64,000 nucleotides of DNA from contig NW_015173156.1 of the NCBI RefSeq assembly GCF_001447785.1, positions 525,067 through 589,066 of the forward strand. The letters are read 5' to 3'. The notes beneath the pieces are model-generated. The model was not told the DNA's origin. It searched no databases and saw nothing but the letters and a program-made list of their open reading frames with translations. Positions 26,216-38,800 of the stretch are shown in pieces. Every line of letters begins with the position of its first letter. Position 1 is the first letter of the stretch. This DNA comes from Gekko japonicus (Eukaryota). Made by a program: the position numbers and the translations under genes.

Positions 26216-27339
26216 CTGAGACCAAAGGGATAAGGAAACACTGTGAATTAGCAGCTAAGGTGGAATTTGAATGGGGAATTCTCCCACTCACACTATAATA
26301 TTTTTATTTACATAACTTACAGCCCACCTTTCCCGCTGATACTCAAGGTGAGTTACAAAAACAAACAAACACCAATTCAGTCACATAGCACAAGGCATCT
26401 AATAAACAATGTAGTAAACATAGGATTACAGAACTGGGAAACAATACAGATAAACAAAAACTTGCCCAACATATGCCATACCAGAACACTGAAAATGGGT
26501 TGACAAAGGTGGAAGACAGTGTTTGAAAAGCAAGAAAACACATACATTAAACATGGGAATAGACTACAGTCCTATTCCATCATTGTGGGTCATGGGAGAC
26601 ATAGAACGTATTTGGTATACAGACTGTTTTAGACTATAATGATACCCCCTGGCACCTCCAGTTAAAAGTGTCTCAAGTAGACTGGGAAAGGCTTCCATTC
26701 AGAGAGGTGCTGCTGCTCTGGGCTTGACAGACCTGAATGGTCTGATCCAGTATTGCATATATATTACAACGTTACATCAGTTCTAAGATCTGTCTTCATG
26801 CAATGTATTCCTCGCCACAATGCTAGTTTAAATAACTGTAAAAGACTATTAGACAAAGTAGGATGGGTCTATCACCTATTTACCAAGATTACTAAAAAGA
26901 AAAGAAAGTATATTTAGGAGTGTCATCTCTTTCTGATTAGTAAATACTGGAGAAAAAACTATAGGGAGCAACTACCTCCACCACTTTTGCTGTTGGGAGA
27001 CAACAGCCCTTTGGTCTGATGTACCCCCCCCCCAAAAAAAAGTAAGTTTCTTTTCATCAGGTTTCCAATTTAAAATTCTTGTCATGTTTTCCTTAACCTT
27101 TTTTACAGAAACACAAACATAAGGTTTAAAAAATGCTTTGCCTGAAATTTGATTTCCGGAGGAAACTTTCTAATACTTGTGAGCGCAAGCTTCCTTTTAA
27201 AAAAGTTTCCCATTTTGAGATCAATACCCTTTCATTTTTCAAATGTGTAGGAGGAAAGCTTGAAAGTGTTGCTGCGACAAATTCTATCAATCAGGGCCTC
27301 TCAACCCCGCCAAAAATGGGCTTCTAGGAATCGGTGGGA

Positions 27340-28170
27340 CTAAATGACGCTGAAACTAGGCTGGATCGGGCTCTTGGAAGGTTATATACGCCTTCTTCCA
27401 AGACATATTTTCGGAGTAGAACGGAATAATAGTTTCATGAACCGAGAAATACAAAACCCCGATTCCAAAAGTAGTAAAACGACAGAGTTAAGACAAGCCA
27501 CACTAAAACACCGCCCCTCTCTGGCGCGAACCTTAAGGAGGTTGTTTTGCGCATGCGTTGTAGAGCAAAAAAAACCCCCCCCGGACACACACACACACAC
27601 ACACCCGACGGCTGATGGCGCTTTCTACCTCCTGAAGGCCGTGCGGCGAGTCTGTGCTCCGCCGTTTCCTCTCGCTGCCCCCTCCCTCCTCCGGGCAGCA
27701 CAGACGGGAGCGATGCCGCTTCTTCTCTTTAGCGAATTTACGGCCTGTCATGGTACCCTCTTCAGACAATACTCTTAAATAGATATATATTCAACTGCCC
27801 ATACTGCCTCAACCGCCTCGGTTGTGCGCTGTCGACAAAGGCGCGCGACGCTTAAGAGCCGTCCTTGGCGGCGGCTGTTGGTGACGTCACGCACTGCTAA
27901 GAGCCGTCCTTGGCGGCGGCGGCGGCGGCGGCTGTTGGTGACGTCACGCACTGTCGGCAAGGCAGCATCGTCTCAGTCCACGGATCTCCCAGTGGATGCT
28001 TTGCTCTATGTCGCCGCTGTTCTCAGTGCAGACGAGCGGAGATCCGGAAAGGAAGCCGACGCCTTTTCACGGCGGCCGCCGTCACTTGCTCACCTTTTCT
28101 AGAAAGGAGAACGTAGGAGCGGTGTCTCCTTCTGTCCGCGGCTGCTGCCACTTGTCTACGCAGGGGTGGG
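27340..28170. promoter_or_regulatory. CpG island / CAAP1 promoter with two full CRE palindromes (TGACGTCA 27882-27889, 27939-27946) and an NRF1-like TGCGCATGCG (27548-27557)
   Basis: High CpG density around CAAP1 exon 1; motifs read directly. Confidence 0.8.
27629..27751 (-). CDS. CAAP1: CAAP1 exon 1 (MTGRKFAKEKKRHRS...SERKRRSTDSPHGLQE)
   Basis: ACCATG context; basic N-terminus and ERKRRSTDS motif like vertebrate CAAP1; donor GAG|GTAGAA; 123 nt, phase 0. Confidence 0.88.
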
Positions 28171-29087
28171 AACTGGGAAAAAAAGGGAAAAGGGCCCACC
28201 TCAGCAGTTTACTGGGATTTCTTTCGAGAAATATCAGTTGTCCTCTCACAACACTATCATGAGATTCTTTACGTGGTCAATGCAAGCACAGACAGTACGT
28301 TTCTAATGGGGGTTCTTATCATTTTTAATGTTTGGGGTTTCTTCTTTGGCAACCTGGAGCCATATTCAGAATTAGACCTGTAATACTGTATTTTTCTGTG
28401 GGTAACCATAAAAAGTCATACATTAGGAACAGGGGCCCAAACTGCAAGTACTTGAATTGCTTCACAAACAGGGCCAGGGAAATATCCCCAAAGCAAGTAA
28501 AGCTGCCTACAAAAGTCACAGGTTGTTCTTGCACTCAAGTTCTTTTCCCTCCCTTTCATGAAGTAGCAGGGGCCTGTGTTGAAGAGGGATGGGGTCTGTA
28601 CTTGCTTTGTTGTTGTTCAGTCGCACAGTCGAGTCCGACTCTTCGCGACCTTGCTTTACCAGACCACTTTTCAGTTGCTAAAGGGGACAGGCAGTGGCAG
28701 AATCTGCATGTGTCTTTCCCACCAGTGTCCCAGCCTTTTGACTCGTCTTCAAAAAAGCTGTCTACATTTGGTGCTGTTTTCACACCTCAAGAGTGCTAGC
28801 ATAGTTTTGCACTTCCACATATGTTTAGTCCTTTGGGGCAGCTCCACTGTCATTGCACCTCCACACTGCTTTAAAACAATCTTCTCCAAACAACATTCAA
28901 AGAAGCATAGAGAAGAAAAACGGTGTCACAGCAGCGCAAAAATGATTTTAAAATGCAAATGCAGATTTGGTGTGTATCACCTAAGGTAAAATCATTTCAG
29001 AGATGAAAGCAAGCAAAAAACCAGGAGTGACCAAACACCAGGAGGCGCCAGTCATGTCTTTTTAATGGTTGTGTACAACTGACAACC

Positions 29088-29317
29088 TAGCAGTTCGAAA
29101 GCAAGAAATTGCAAGTAGATAAATAGGTACCACTTCAGTGGGAAGGGAACAGCGTTCCGTGTGCCTTGGTGTTTAGTCATGCCGGCCACATAAATGCCGA
29201 CCCCGTAAATGTCTTCGGACAGCGCTGGCTCTTCAGCTTTGAAACGGAGATGAGCACCGCAACCCTAGAGTCGGATTCGACTGGCTTTCGAGCAAGGGAA
29301 CTTTTACCTTTACCTTA
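29088..29317 (+). mobile_element. Sauria-type SINE (partial); second copy 29946-30302 on minus strand
   Basis: agcagttcgaaagc...gtagataaataggtacc...gagatgagcacc...(ACCTTT)n tail, recognised from memory. Confidence 0.7.
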
Positions 29318-29331
29318 CAAATGACATACCC

Positions 29332-29525
29332 TAACCTAGATTGCCCATTCTTGTCAGATCCCAGAAGCTAAGCAGGGTCAGCACTAGTTAGTATCTGGAC
29401 GGGAGCCCATCAAGTCCAGGATCGCTGTACAGAGGCAGGCTATGGCAAACCACCTCTGAATGGGTCTTGCCTTGAAAACCCCAGGGGGTCACCGCAACGC
29501 AGCTGTGACTTGACAGTAACAAAAA
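29332..29525 (+). mobile_element. 5S rRNA-derived SINE (SINE3-like); other copies ~31051-31258, 45823-46039, 56848-57064(-), 57470-57612
   Basis: Head resembles 5S (gaagctaagcagggtc...ttagta.ttggatgggagacc), followed by the shared body gaggcaggcaatggcaaaccacctctg. Confidence 0.7.
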
Positions 29526-32146
29526 AACCCAAGTATTAGCCTGGATAACATGCAAGGCTTGCCATTTGTGTCCTTTATGATTACAGTGCAAGGTAGAGCA
29601 CTTTTGCACATTTACACTACAAAGAAAGAGGTAGCAGCTATCTTAGGTGGCTATCTTAGACATAACAGGGCAGATGGATTTTTTTCTCCTATTTATATCT
29701 TCAAGGTTTAGGCTATTCTTAACTTCACCAGCCTGGAAGAGATACTATAAAATGTTAGTGGTATCCAGCAGTCCTCTAATGCTCTCTCAACCTTTGATAG
29801 CTCTTCATTAAGCAATTATGTATCATACAGAGATATCTTTGGACGTAAAAGAGGAGCCCAGTGGCATGTTAGGACTAAAAATGCCAGAATAAGTTTGTGT
29901 GAGTCAGAGGTCATTTCATGAGATGCGTGAAGTATACATCCATGAAGGTTTCCCTTGCTTGAAAGCTAGTTGAATCCAACTCTAGGGGATGGTGCTCATC
30001 TTCCTTTCCAAGCCGAAGAATCAGCGCTGTGCAAAGACGTTTTCGTGGTCCTGTGGCCAGCGTGACTAAACGCCAAGATGCATGGAACGCTGTTACATTC
30101 CTACCGAACGCTGTTACATTCCTACCGAAGCGGTACCTATTTATCTGCTTGCAATTTCTTGCTTTCAAACTGCTAGGCTGGCAGGAGCTTGGGCCAGAGA
30201 TGGGAGCTCACTCCATCATGCAGCCCTAGGGTCTCAAACAGCTGAGCTACAGACCTCCCGGTCTGCAGCTTCAGCGTCTTAACCTCTGAGCCACCGCAGC
30301 TCCTGTACATCCATTAGGCATATGCAATTACACTGAAAGATGGCAGGGGGAGATGATATAAAGTCTGACTCATGAAAGCTTGTGCTGGAATAGATTGTTA
30401 GCTATGCACTCACCTATCCAGAGTTATTATTTGACATGTTTACTTTTGTTTTGGTACTGGCTTCCACATTAGCAGTCATCCCTCTTGAACCAAACATGAA
30501 TATACATTAATTGACAGTTCAGATCAGTACCATGCAAATCAGTAGAACAGACAGCTGTTTAAAAGTACCCATGGCCCCGGTCACACGAGAGGATTAGGGC
30601 CGGGAGAGGGACAGATCGGGGGCGGAGCAAACGGGCGCGATCCCACCGCAACATCTGGGAAGCATTGTGTGCCCGTCCTCGATCCGGCCCTTCCGGCGAT
30701 AATCCACAGCAAAAAAGAACCACCTACCGAGGTGGTTCTTTCCGAACGGCCACATCAAAGCCGGCCGTGGGATCGCCGGCGGATTCTTCCGCCAGCGCAT
30801 CCCCGGGTCCTGGCCAAACTGCACATGCTCAGACATGAGCAGTTTAGCAGCCTCCCGTGGCTTCCTCCCCAGTCTCCCCGGGGAGCAATTGTACAGCAGC
30901 TCACAGGATCTGTATGATCCCGCCGCCGCATGCCTTTTTTGGTGCGGCTTTTAAAAGCCACACTTTGCCCATTCTTTTTGTCCCTCGTGTGGCAGGGACC
31001 TATATTTACTATCCTTACACGTTTTTTCAAAGGAAGCATGTTGATTCCCTCTGGCCCCCCTGACCTAGATGGCCCACGCTAGCCCAGTCTCATAAGATTT
31101 TGCCTGCTAAGCAGTGTCAAGCCCTGGTTGGTATTTGGATGGGAGACTGTGCTGAGGCAGGCAATGGCAAAACACCTCTGAACATTTCTTGCCTCGAAAA
31201 CCCTATGGGGCCACCATAAGTTGGCTATGACTTGACAGCACTTTCCACCACAACCACCACATTGAGAACGGATGCTGGAGTACACAAAAAGGTATTTCAG
31301 ATAAATCTTAGACTAGCACACTGGAATTTGGTTCAGCGCATCCAGATGAAGGCAGAAGATTTCCCCCCAAACAAAATAAATTAGGTATTTTGAAACTGAA
31401 TGTACTATTCACATATGTAGTATATTTCTAAATGGACAAGAACAAAGGATAAGCACATGAGCTGCATGTTTCTGATAAGGAACTAAGAATAATGCTGACA
31501 TTTTGGTAGAACGGATTAGACTTTAGAATGAACGTCTCATCAATATGAATGAGGCAGCTCACACTTTGCAGCATTATTATTGCAATCTGGCTGGCTGCAG
31601 ATAACCTTCCCACTGTGAAACCTAGTAATGTTATCACTGAATCCTGAGAAAGATATGCATTCTGAAGAAACATTTTACAGAAATAGAATAAAAAGGAAAG
31701 CCCACAGCTCATCTGAAAATTCAACCCACATTTTTGCTGGTATGCTTGATGTTATCCTATTTTTCTCCATAATCTCATCACATTGAGGAGCTGAATACAC
31801 ACCGCTGAATTCCTATGAAACTAGAAAACCCTCCTGTAGCAGTTTGCACAGGTTCATGAGAAATCAGGATTACCTTAGGTATGGTGGCTCATCATATAAA
31901 ATAGGGAGACTAGGAAGTGTCTTATATTTAAAATCAAAATACTACAATACAGTTACTTGTAAAGTTTAAATAATAAAGCTAGAATGACTGGATTTTAAAC
32001 TGCATCTTACTGAATAAAGATTGCCTTGTGAATTTCTGCTTTGATATTAAATTCCAAGACTCATTAGTAGCAGGGCAAAGTCCACAGCATATTTTCATAC
32101 ACTGCAGTATTAAAAGATAACAATTTAAAGATCAGTGCAAAAAGGT

Positions 32147-32152
32147 TTTATT
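32147..32152 (-). terminator. Candidate proximal polyadenylation signal (AATAAA) for PLAA
   Basis: tttatt on + strand about 108 nt after the stop, in an AT-rich 3'UTR. Confidence 0.45.
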
Positions 32153-32259
32153 TAGGTTTTTTTTAACTTAATGATCAGATAATTAATCCACAGTATTTTA
32201 TCAATTCTTGTAAAATCTTCTTCACCACCATCCTAGGCTCCCAAGTGCTTTAAAAAAAG

Positions 32260-32825
32260 TTAGAGCAAATCAAGGACAAGCCTACAGCATTCATTTACTT
32301 TAGCTGGTTCTGATACAGAGGAATATTTTTTTATTTGAGAATCAACCCCTAGAGACTTTGCTAACTGTACAGCATTTGAATCACCACTGATTAGTGTCCC
32401 AAGAGCCACAAGCAGTCTAAAAATAGCTTCAAAGTCTTGTACAATTTCCATGACTGTGCTGATTACTGACAAGCACTGAGCTTTACCCTCAATGTTATTA
32501 ATTTTATGTAAACAAACGGCATAGTTCAGAGCCAAGGTGGCTAGTGCAATGTGAATGTTCTTATTGCTGCTCAGTTTCAGTTCTATTGCTTGTGACATTA
32601 TCAGATCCCCCTGTAACATCATGAGGTTTTGGCCAACTGGGTGGACAAAACAATTGCAGAGAGTTCTAAGAGCCAGCATCTGGTTAGCTTGCTTTCCTCC
32701 AGGGTTCAGAAATTTGATGAGGTGGCTGCTGAACTGAATGCCATCCTTTTCGCCGCAGAAGCTTTCACTCACACTGGGATTCCTGACTGCTAATCGAAGA
32801 ATGTCTAGCGCTGGAAACACAATGT
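32260..32825 (-). CDS. PLAA: PLAA exon 14 coding part ([15 protein letters not shown]...[11 protein letters not shown]), PUL domain
   Basis: tttag| acceptor; 566 nt to TAA; matches ORF 32260..32820. Confidence 0.97.
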
Positions 32826-33632
32826 CTAAAAACAGAAATGTAGCAGGTTATATTACATTTAGAAATTCTTTGACTGTGTCAAGTAGATCTGCCACTTCTA
32901 TGGCTAAAGGTCCCTGTAGCCTGCATTGTTATATCTCCCTACATAATAGCTAGGGTAAAAACAAAACACTTCTCTGAATGCATTTCATACTTAAATTACG
33001 TGTCTGTGGAGACTGAGAAGCTAAGCAGCACATGTAAATGAAACAGACTAAATAAAATAACACATTTTAGATAGCTGATTTGTGAACCTTCCTTTATCCT
33101 ACTGCACAAGTACAACACCCTGTAGACTGCTGGCAACTGCTAATATGAGAAAAAAGAGTTTCAGGGACCTCCAATGTAGACAGATGTTTAATTCACAAAG
33201 TGGACTGTACAACGGATTTCCAAGTAAATCTGTGCATTCAGGGGTATAGAGAGAAGTTATCAGCTCTTCTAGATATTTAACTAAGATGCATTCATTCTAG
33301 CGCAGGCATTGTGACCACGTAGGGACAGACAGGCAGAAGGTTCAAAAGGGCACTGTTGCCAGCCTTCCTCAATGCATGCTGTTAAGCCACTGCCAGGAAT
33401 GAGAAGGCCAGGAATGAGAAGGCCATCAAGGTCACCATGATGCGGGCACCTTGGGTGAGAATGGGACGTTTTAGAGGACAGCCATCTTGTTTTTAGGAGA
33501 GGAGCACCAAAATTTGTTCATTACTTTGATGTATTTTAATATTTTAATGTTTTCTATTGTTCTATTGTATTATCTGGCGATATGCCTTGTAAGCCGCCCT
33601 GAGCCTCCGGGGAGGGCGGGATAGAAATGTAA

Positions 33633-33657
33633 ATAATAAATAAATAAATAAATAAAT
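33633..33657 (+). repeat. (TAAA)n microsatellite, tail of an L2-type 3' end
   Basis: Direct reading; preceded by gtaagccgccctgag...gggcgggata. Confidence 0.7.
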
Positions 33658-34363
33658 CCATGCCTCCCTATCACGATCTAGCACACTCTTGCATTAGATC
33701 ATGCCTTTAGTATTCAAAGTTCCATGTGTAAGGAAAGAAGATGACGCTAAAAGAGGGAAAGAAAATATGGAGGTGGGGAAGAGAAAAATGAAGACCGAAT
33801 AAAATCTTCAAGGAACGCCACCTAAAATGGTCAATATGATCACCAAACTCTGCGTGAGCATGGACGCAATGGTGATGAGTGTGTTCTCGTTTTAAAAAGG
33901 AACACTCATCATGTAGTTCACATTGTTTTTAACTGGCTCACATTAAGTTGTGGGTCAAGAAGCCTACTATTTGACAGCTTTTAAACACTTCAAAGCACCA
34001 TTAATCCCACATTTCAATAGTTCTTCCTCTTTTTTGTCCCTCTTTTCTCTAAGGGACTCAGTGTACTTGGATCTCTCATCAGCCATTTTATCCTCCTAAC
34101 AAGCCTGGGACACAGATTAGGTTAACCAAGAACCACTGGCTAAAAGTCATCCGGGTGAGTTTAGCTGCTGACTGGGGATTCTAACCTAGCTCCCTTCAGT
34201 CCTAGTGTGCAACTCTAAAATGGCTCCTTATTTCTTACATAAGATATGTCAGTAATATCTTCACATTCCAAATGAGGTTCAGACCATGATTTCCCTGAGG
34301 CAGAAGTGAGCCTTTAATCATTAATTTCCCAGCTTGCACTTGTGGCTGCTATACCACATCAGC

Positions 34364-34522
34364 CAAGGGTGTAGACTTTCCAATTTCCCGGGGGGGGCTG
34401 GGGCTGGGCCAGAGGCATTGCTTTGCTAGGAGCAAGGGTGGCTCCCGGGGGAGGCTGAGCACTTTCCTGAAAATTTCGACGGGGGCTGAAGCCCCGCCGC
34501 CCCCACGAAGATTACGCCTATG
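34364..34522. mobile_element. 159-bp hAT-like MITE
   Basis: Perfect 8-bp TSD ACATCAGC; imperfect TIR caagggtgtagactt/aagattacgcctatg. Confidence 0.75.
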
Positions 34523-34959
34523 ACATCAGCAGTTGTGTAAATTTGAAGAGCCTCTAGTCAACTGGGGAAAAATACCCCACAAAAAATAAACAAAAACCTA
34601 GAGTCATCAGAGCATAAGTTTTGTACTTCAATCCACCTATGTCTGTCCGTCCTCCTGTATATGAATTCCTGCCATTCATAGCCCATGGGAAAATGTAAAG
34701 AACAATGCAGGGATGTAGTGCACTCATCAGTAATTCCCATAAGCCTGAGCCCCATAAGAACAAGCTTATTTTGGATGTGATCATCTTGAGTGGTATGAAA
34801 TAAACACTCCTTTCATTTAATGAAGCCCATGAGAAAACCTGTGGTTTAAAAAATAACTTTTTAAAATAGCATGAACAAAAGCAAAAAGTTTCATTCTGCC
34901 CTCTGTCCATGTAATTTGCCCCCCAAATTAGCCATCTGGCCACAACAACTAGTTCATAC

Positions 34960-35124
34960 CTGTTGGCCAGCTAACTGCTTTCAACAAAGCTTGGAGTTGC
35001 TGTGTGGATGGTGTTTCTGTGGACGTATTGCATGCTATAGATAGCATCTTTTCTAGGTGATCTAAATCATCTTCAGTTAACTGTTGCTCTTCAGGGGCAT
35101 TTCCATTAAGCTCTTTCAGTTTAC
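34960..35124 (-). CDS. PLAA: PLAA exon 13 ([21 protein letters not shown]...LLKAVSWPT)
   Basis: atgcag| acceptor, |GTATGA donor; 165 nt. Confidence 0.94.
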
Positions 35125-36680
35125 CTGCATAATTACAAACACAAACTGTTACTGTTTTAAGTTTTTCAGCCCTTCAATCCATAAGCTTATTTTATGAAAA
35201 TACAGCATTATGAAAATATTGTCTGCTTACTGTTGATTCTCTGAAACTCTAGTGGCCCCTATCTATACACACACACAAATATTAAAACAATCAGTTTCAG
35301 ATCACATTATGCATAAACATTTTGTTCTGCAGCATTTGCATGTAAGTTCTTTGAACTGTATTGCTTCATAACTTTTAGTCAAGAGTTTTCACAAGAATGT
35401 CCTACCTTCACTAGCTAGTTTTACAAACTCTCCAAGCACCGTAAAAGAATGCAATACCTTTGGAACGACACCTGAAATACTGGTCCCTGCATTTTTAAAA
35501 GCTTTATTTCCATAGTCATATTGCATATTTATTCCTTCATAAAGTCTGGGTTCTAGTTCAGACTTATGTGACAGATGAACATGTGGACACCAATCCTTTT
35601 TACTATACTCCTAATTGTTACATATGATGTGGGAGAAAGACTGAATAAAGCAGAACCACAGCATGTGTAGGTCACCCACAGAGAACACCGGCATCACATT
35701 ACTTTAGATGCATATCGGAGAGTAAAGATCTTCTACAATACAAGTCAGACTACTGACCAGGTTAAGTGTCTGAATAGGACCAAGGTTATAATACCACCTC
35801 AGCTTATTTAAGTATGATCTGATATCCTCTCTCTGAGCAAAGGGTATTTATCTGGTAACACAACTAAACAATCTTGAAACTGATATTACTTTTTAATGCC
35901 TTAAGAGCAGTTTAAGTGGTTTATTGTTGTATTGTACTTGTACACAAAAACCCACTTGCCAATGACAGATCCATTATGAGATTGTCACTCACTGTCTGCA
36001 CCCTCTGTACTGAGTCATATTACAACAGCTGCACAGAAAGGGAAAGCAAGCAGTACTTTTAGTGCTCCTCCTCTTAAGCCCTGCTCACAAGTTACAGTGA
36101 ATGCATGTACAGTCTGTATCTAGTGTACACCTTTTTTAAATACATATGTTGAGCAATTTTCAAGTTACATCACATATAGCTCCTGGTCTCATTTGTAATG
36201 TAAATGCATGTTGGCTCATTCTTGCAAGCATATGAACACACATATAGGCAGATGAACACACATACTGTAACATGAACAGGGCTACAATAAAACTGCTAGT
36301 TGGGGAGGACTGTGGCTGATATCTTACCATGGGTGTGGGGGGGATAAGGACACTCAATATGCATATACCTTATTCAAGACTTAGCAGAGCACCAAAACAT
36401 TCACTTGCTTTCTCCTGTTGGGGAAAACTCTGCTAGATAAACAAGAGATATGGGCAAGGGACCTGATCTGCAATACTTATATACTTTGCAAGAAGTGGCT
36501 GCTTTATTGTATTAAAAACATAAATCCTTCATGTATTGGGTATTCTCAAATACATAACCAGGCTGAAAGGATTTTCAAAGTGACTGGGGATTAAAGTGTA
36601 TGTCTTACAGGACAAACAGATTCAAAAGATATTTGATTATTTAAAGTGTCTCTCCATAAATTCAGTATAAAAATACTCAC

Positions 36681-36776
36681 CCAGTATTTGCGTTGGGTTG
36701 GCCTGATCAAAAGTAACAGCTTCTTTCTTTGGAAAATATATATTTTCAGCTTTAGCTGATTTGTAGGCACTAGTCC
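36681..36776 (-). CDS. PLAA: PLAA exon 12 ([32 protein letters not shown])
   Basis: ttttag| acceptor, |GTGAGT donor; 96 nt; start of PUL domain. Confidence 0.94.
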
Positions 36777-36905
36777 CTAAAAGGAGAGAAGGAGCAAGAG
36801 AGGGAGAGGAAGTGTTTAGTAATTTACCCCTAAATCAATTTTGTACCCCTTAACTGAAAGATTGCCACATAAAATGTTAACTAATTAAAGGGGTTAAAAA
36901 CCTAC

Positions 36906-37472
36906 TGTCATGATATGTGTAGGACTGGGAGCAAAGCCTAGTGCGGCCTGGTCCCAGGAGAGACCTGCATGGGAGTGGAAAGCAGACATAGCTTACAATT
37001 CCCATAAGGCTTAGCAACAGTTGTAGGCAATCAGTGTCCAGGGATTCTTATATATTGTTATATACTTTGTGGGCTGTGGAAAACGGTGTTCTTTCCTCTC
37101 ACAGAGCTAAACTGAGGGGACTGGTCTGAGAGAAAGATCCCTCACTTGGGACAGTGAGTACAGTCAGGAGGCCTGGCAGGCTGTGGGCCTTGAAGTAGTA
37201 ACCAGTTAAGTGAACTAGGTAGTCAAGTTAGATTCGTTTATTTTGCCTTAAAACACTGTTATATAGTTTAAAGCATCTTGTCTTGTTTCTCTTGCCCCAG
37301 TACTATGTTAATAAACCATTTGTTTAAGTGTTCTCTGCCTGGTCATCACGCCTATGTTCTCGGCTTAAAAAGGGGGCCTTTGGATGGGCTTGGGAGGGTA
37401 CTCTGGGCCTTCTCAAGGGACCCGAAGTCGAGTGGTGGCGGCGGAAGGTGGTGACCCCCTGGGGTCATGACA
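36906..37472 (+). mobile_element. Solo LTR (567 bp)
   Basis: TGTCATGA...TCATGACA termini, 5-bp TSD CCTAC, AATAAA at 37310. Confidence 0.85.
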
Positions 37473-38728
37473 CCTACATTTTAAGTTATACTCTGTCTAG
37501 CTTTTAAAAAATTGTTTTGCAGTTAAGATCACTGGGTAGCCTGGGACAAGTCATTTACTTTCAGTATAACCTGCTTCACAGGACTGTTATGAGGCTCACA
37601 CACCGCTCTGCGCTCTAAGAGAAAGAGCAGGATAAGAATATAGCCTACCAAATAAGATTACTATGCCAAAAGAATTATATAAATCATATTTAATGAAATC
37701 CATTTTTAGCTAGAAAACACAATTCAAATACCAATAGGGCCTGAAATTCTGGTTAAACCAAAACTATTCTAATGTTTACTTTTTCACTACTGTTGATTCC
37801 CCCCCCCCCATTTTTGTTTCACCCTGCCCTCTTCCACCGGCTCAGGGGAGGTGACTGCCTACTGGCACCCGGACAGCAGGGTTCTCTTGTTGTTGTTGTT
37901 CTTTGCTTCTTGGCTTCTTTTTCGTGGTGGGCTTTTTCCATCCAACTCCTGGCGACGGCGTCCGGTGCAGGTATTATTTGTGTAGTGACTCCCTCAGGCC
38001 GGATCCCCGTGGTGCACGGCTGTGCAGTGACCACAGCTCCGGCATTCGTCCTACTGGCTCCGCCGCGCTGCATCATTACATCACCGCGCCATCCGTTAGT
38101 CTCCGCCCGGATTCAGCCGCCACTCAGCGCCGGATATTCACCGCTGTCACCGCTCGCCGCCGCTACCGCCACCGCTCGTTTCCAATGCTCATTGCCACAC
38201 CACACCACTACTCGCCGGTGGTCCTGCTGCACACCGCCCCATAGGGAGGAGGGTGCCCCCTGCTACCTAGGAGCAGGTACCCATTTATCTACTTGCAAGG
38301 CTTTCGAACCGCTGGGTGGGCGGGAAGGAGGTGAAGGAGGGAATTTTTAAAAATCCAATTTTTTTTAAAAAAGTGCTAACCACTCTTTAGAAATAAAGAT
38401 GCCCCTCCCTTTCTCACACAGTCTGTATTACAGAGCCAGATAAGTGTTTCTAAAAGGTGAAGAGGAATTATTCCCAGAATATGCTGTCCGTATTCAAGGA
38501 TTTGCACTTTCTGCTAAGCCCTTAATAGAAACATTACATGCAAGATAAAAAGAGAGGTTTTATACAAATTGAATTTATCCAGCTTCTCCACTTCCTAGAA
38601 GGGGCCCTGCTAAAACTGCTGCTGCCTGTAGATATTTGTTCCAGACAAGTATGTGAGTGGTCAAGTGCATGGCTGAAACACAGAACTTTGACACAGTTTG
38701 CCTCACAATTGGGAAGTCTTTTACTAAC

Positions 38729-38800
38729 CTGTAAATGGATCAGCTCCGCTTAAAGCAGCTGCAGTATCAGATGCTGAACCTGGGACATAGCGACCAGTAC
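38729..38800 (-). CDS. PLAA: PLAA exon 11 (GTGRYVPGSASDTAAALSGADPFT)
   Basis: tgtag| acceptor, |GTTAGT donor; 72 nt, phase 1-1. Confidence 0.93.

Noticed and set aside
27344-27778. 144-aa plus-strand ORF over CAAP1 exon 1
   Set aside because: Antisense ORF in a GC-rich island including a (CA)n tract; no recognisable protein.
29332-29420. 5S rRNA gene or tRNA genes in SINE heads
   Set aside because: Diverged, partial and fused to SINE bodies; not functional RNA genes.
37772-38350. 192-aa ORF and overlapping ORFs
   Set aside because: GC-rich low-complexity sequence is open in several frames; no domain or splice context.
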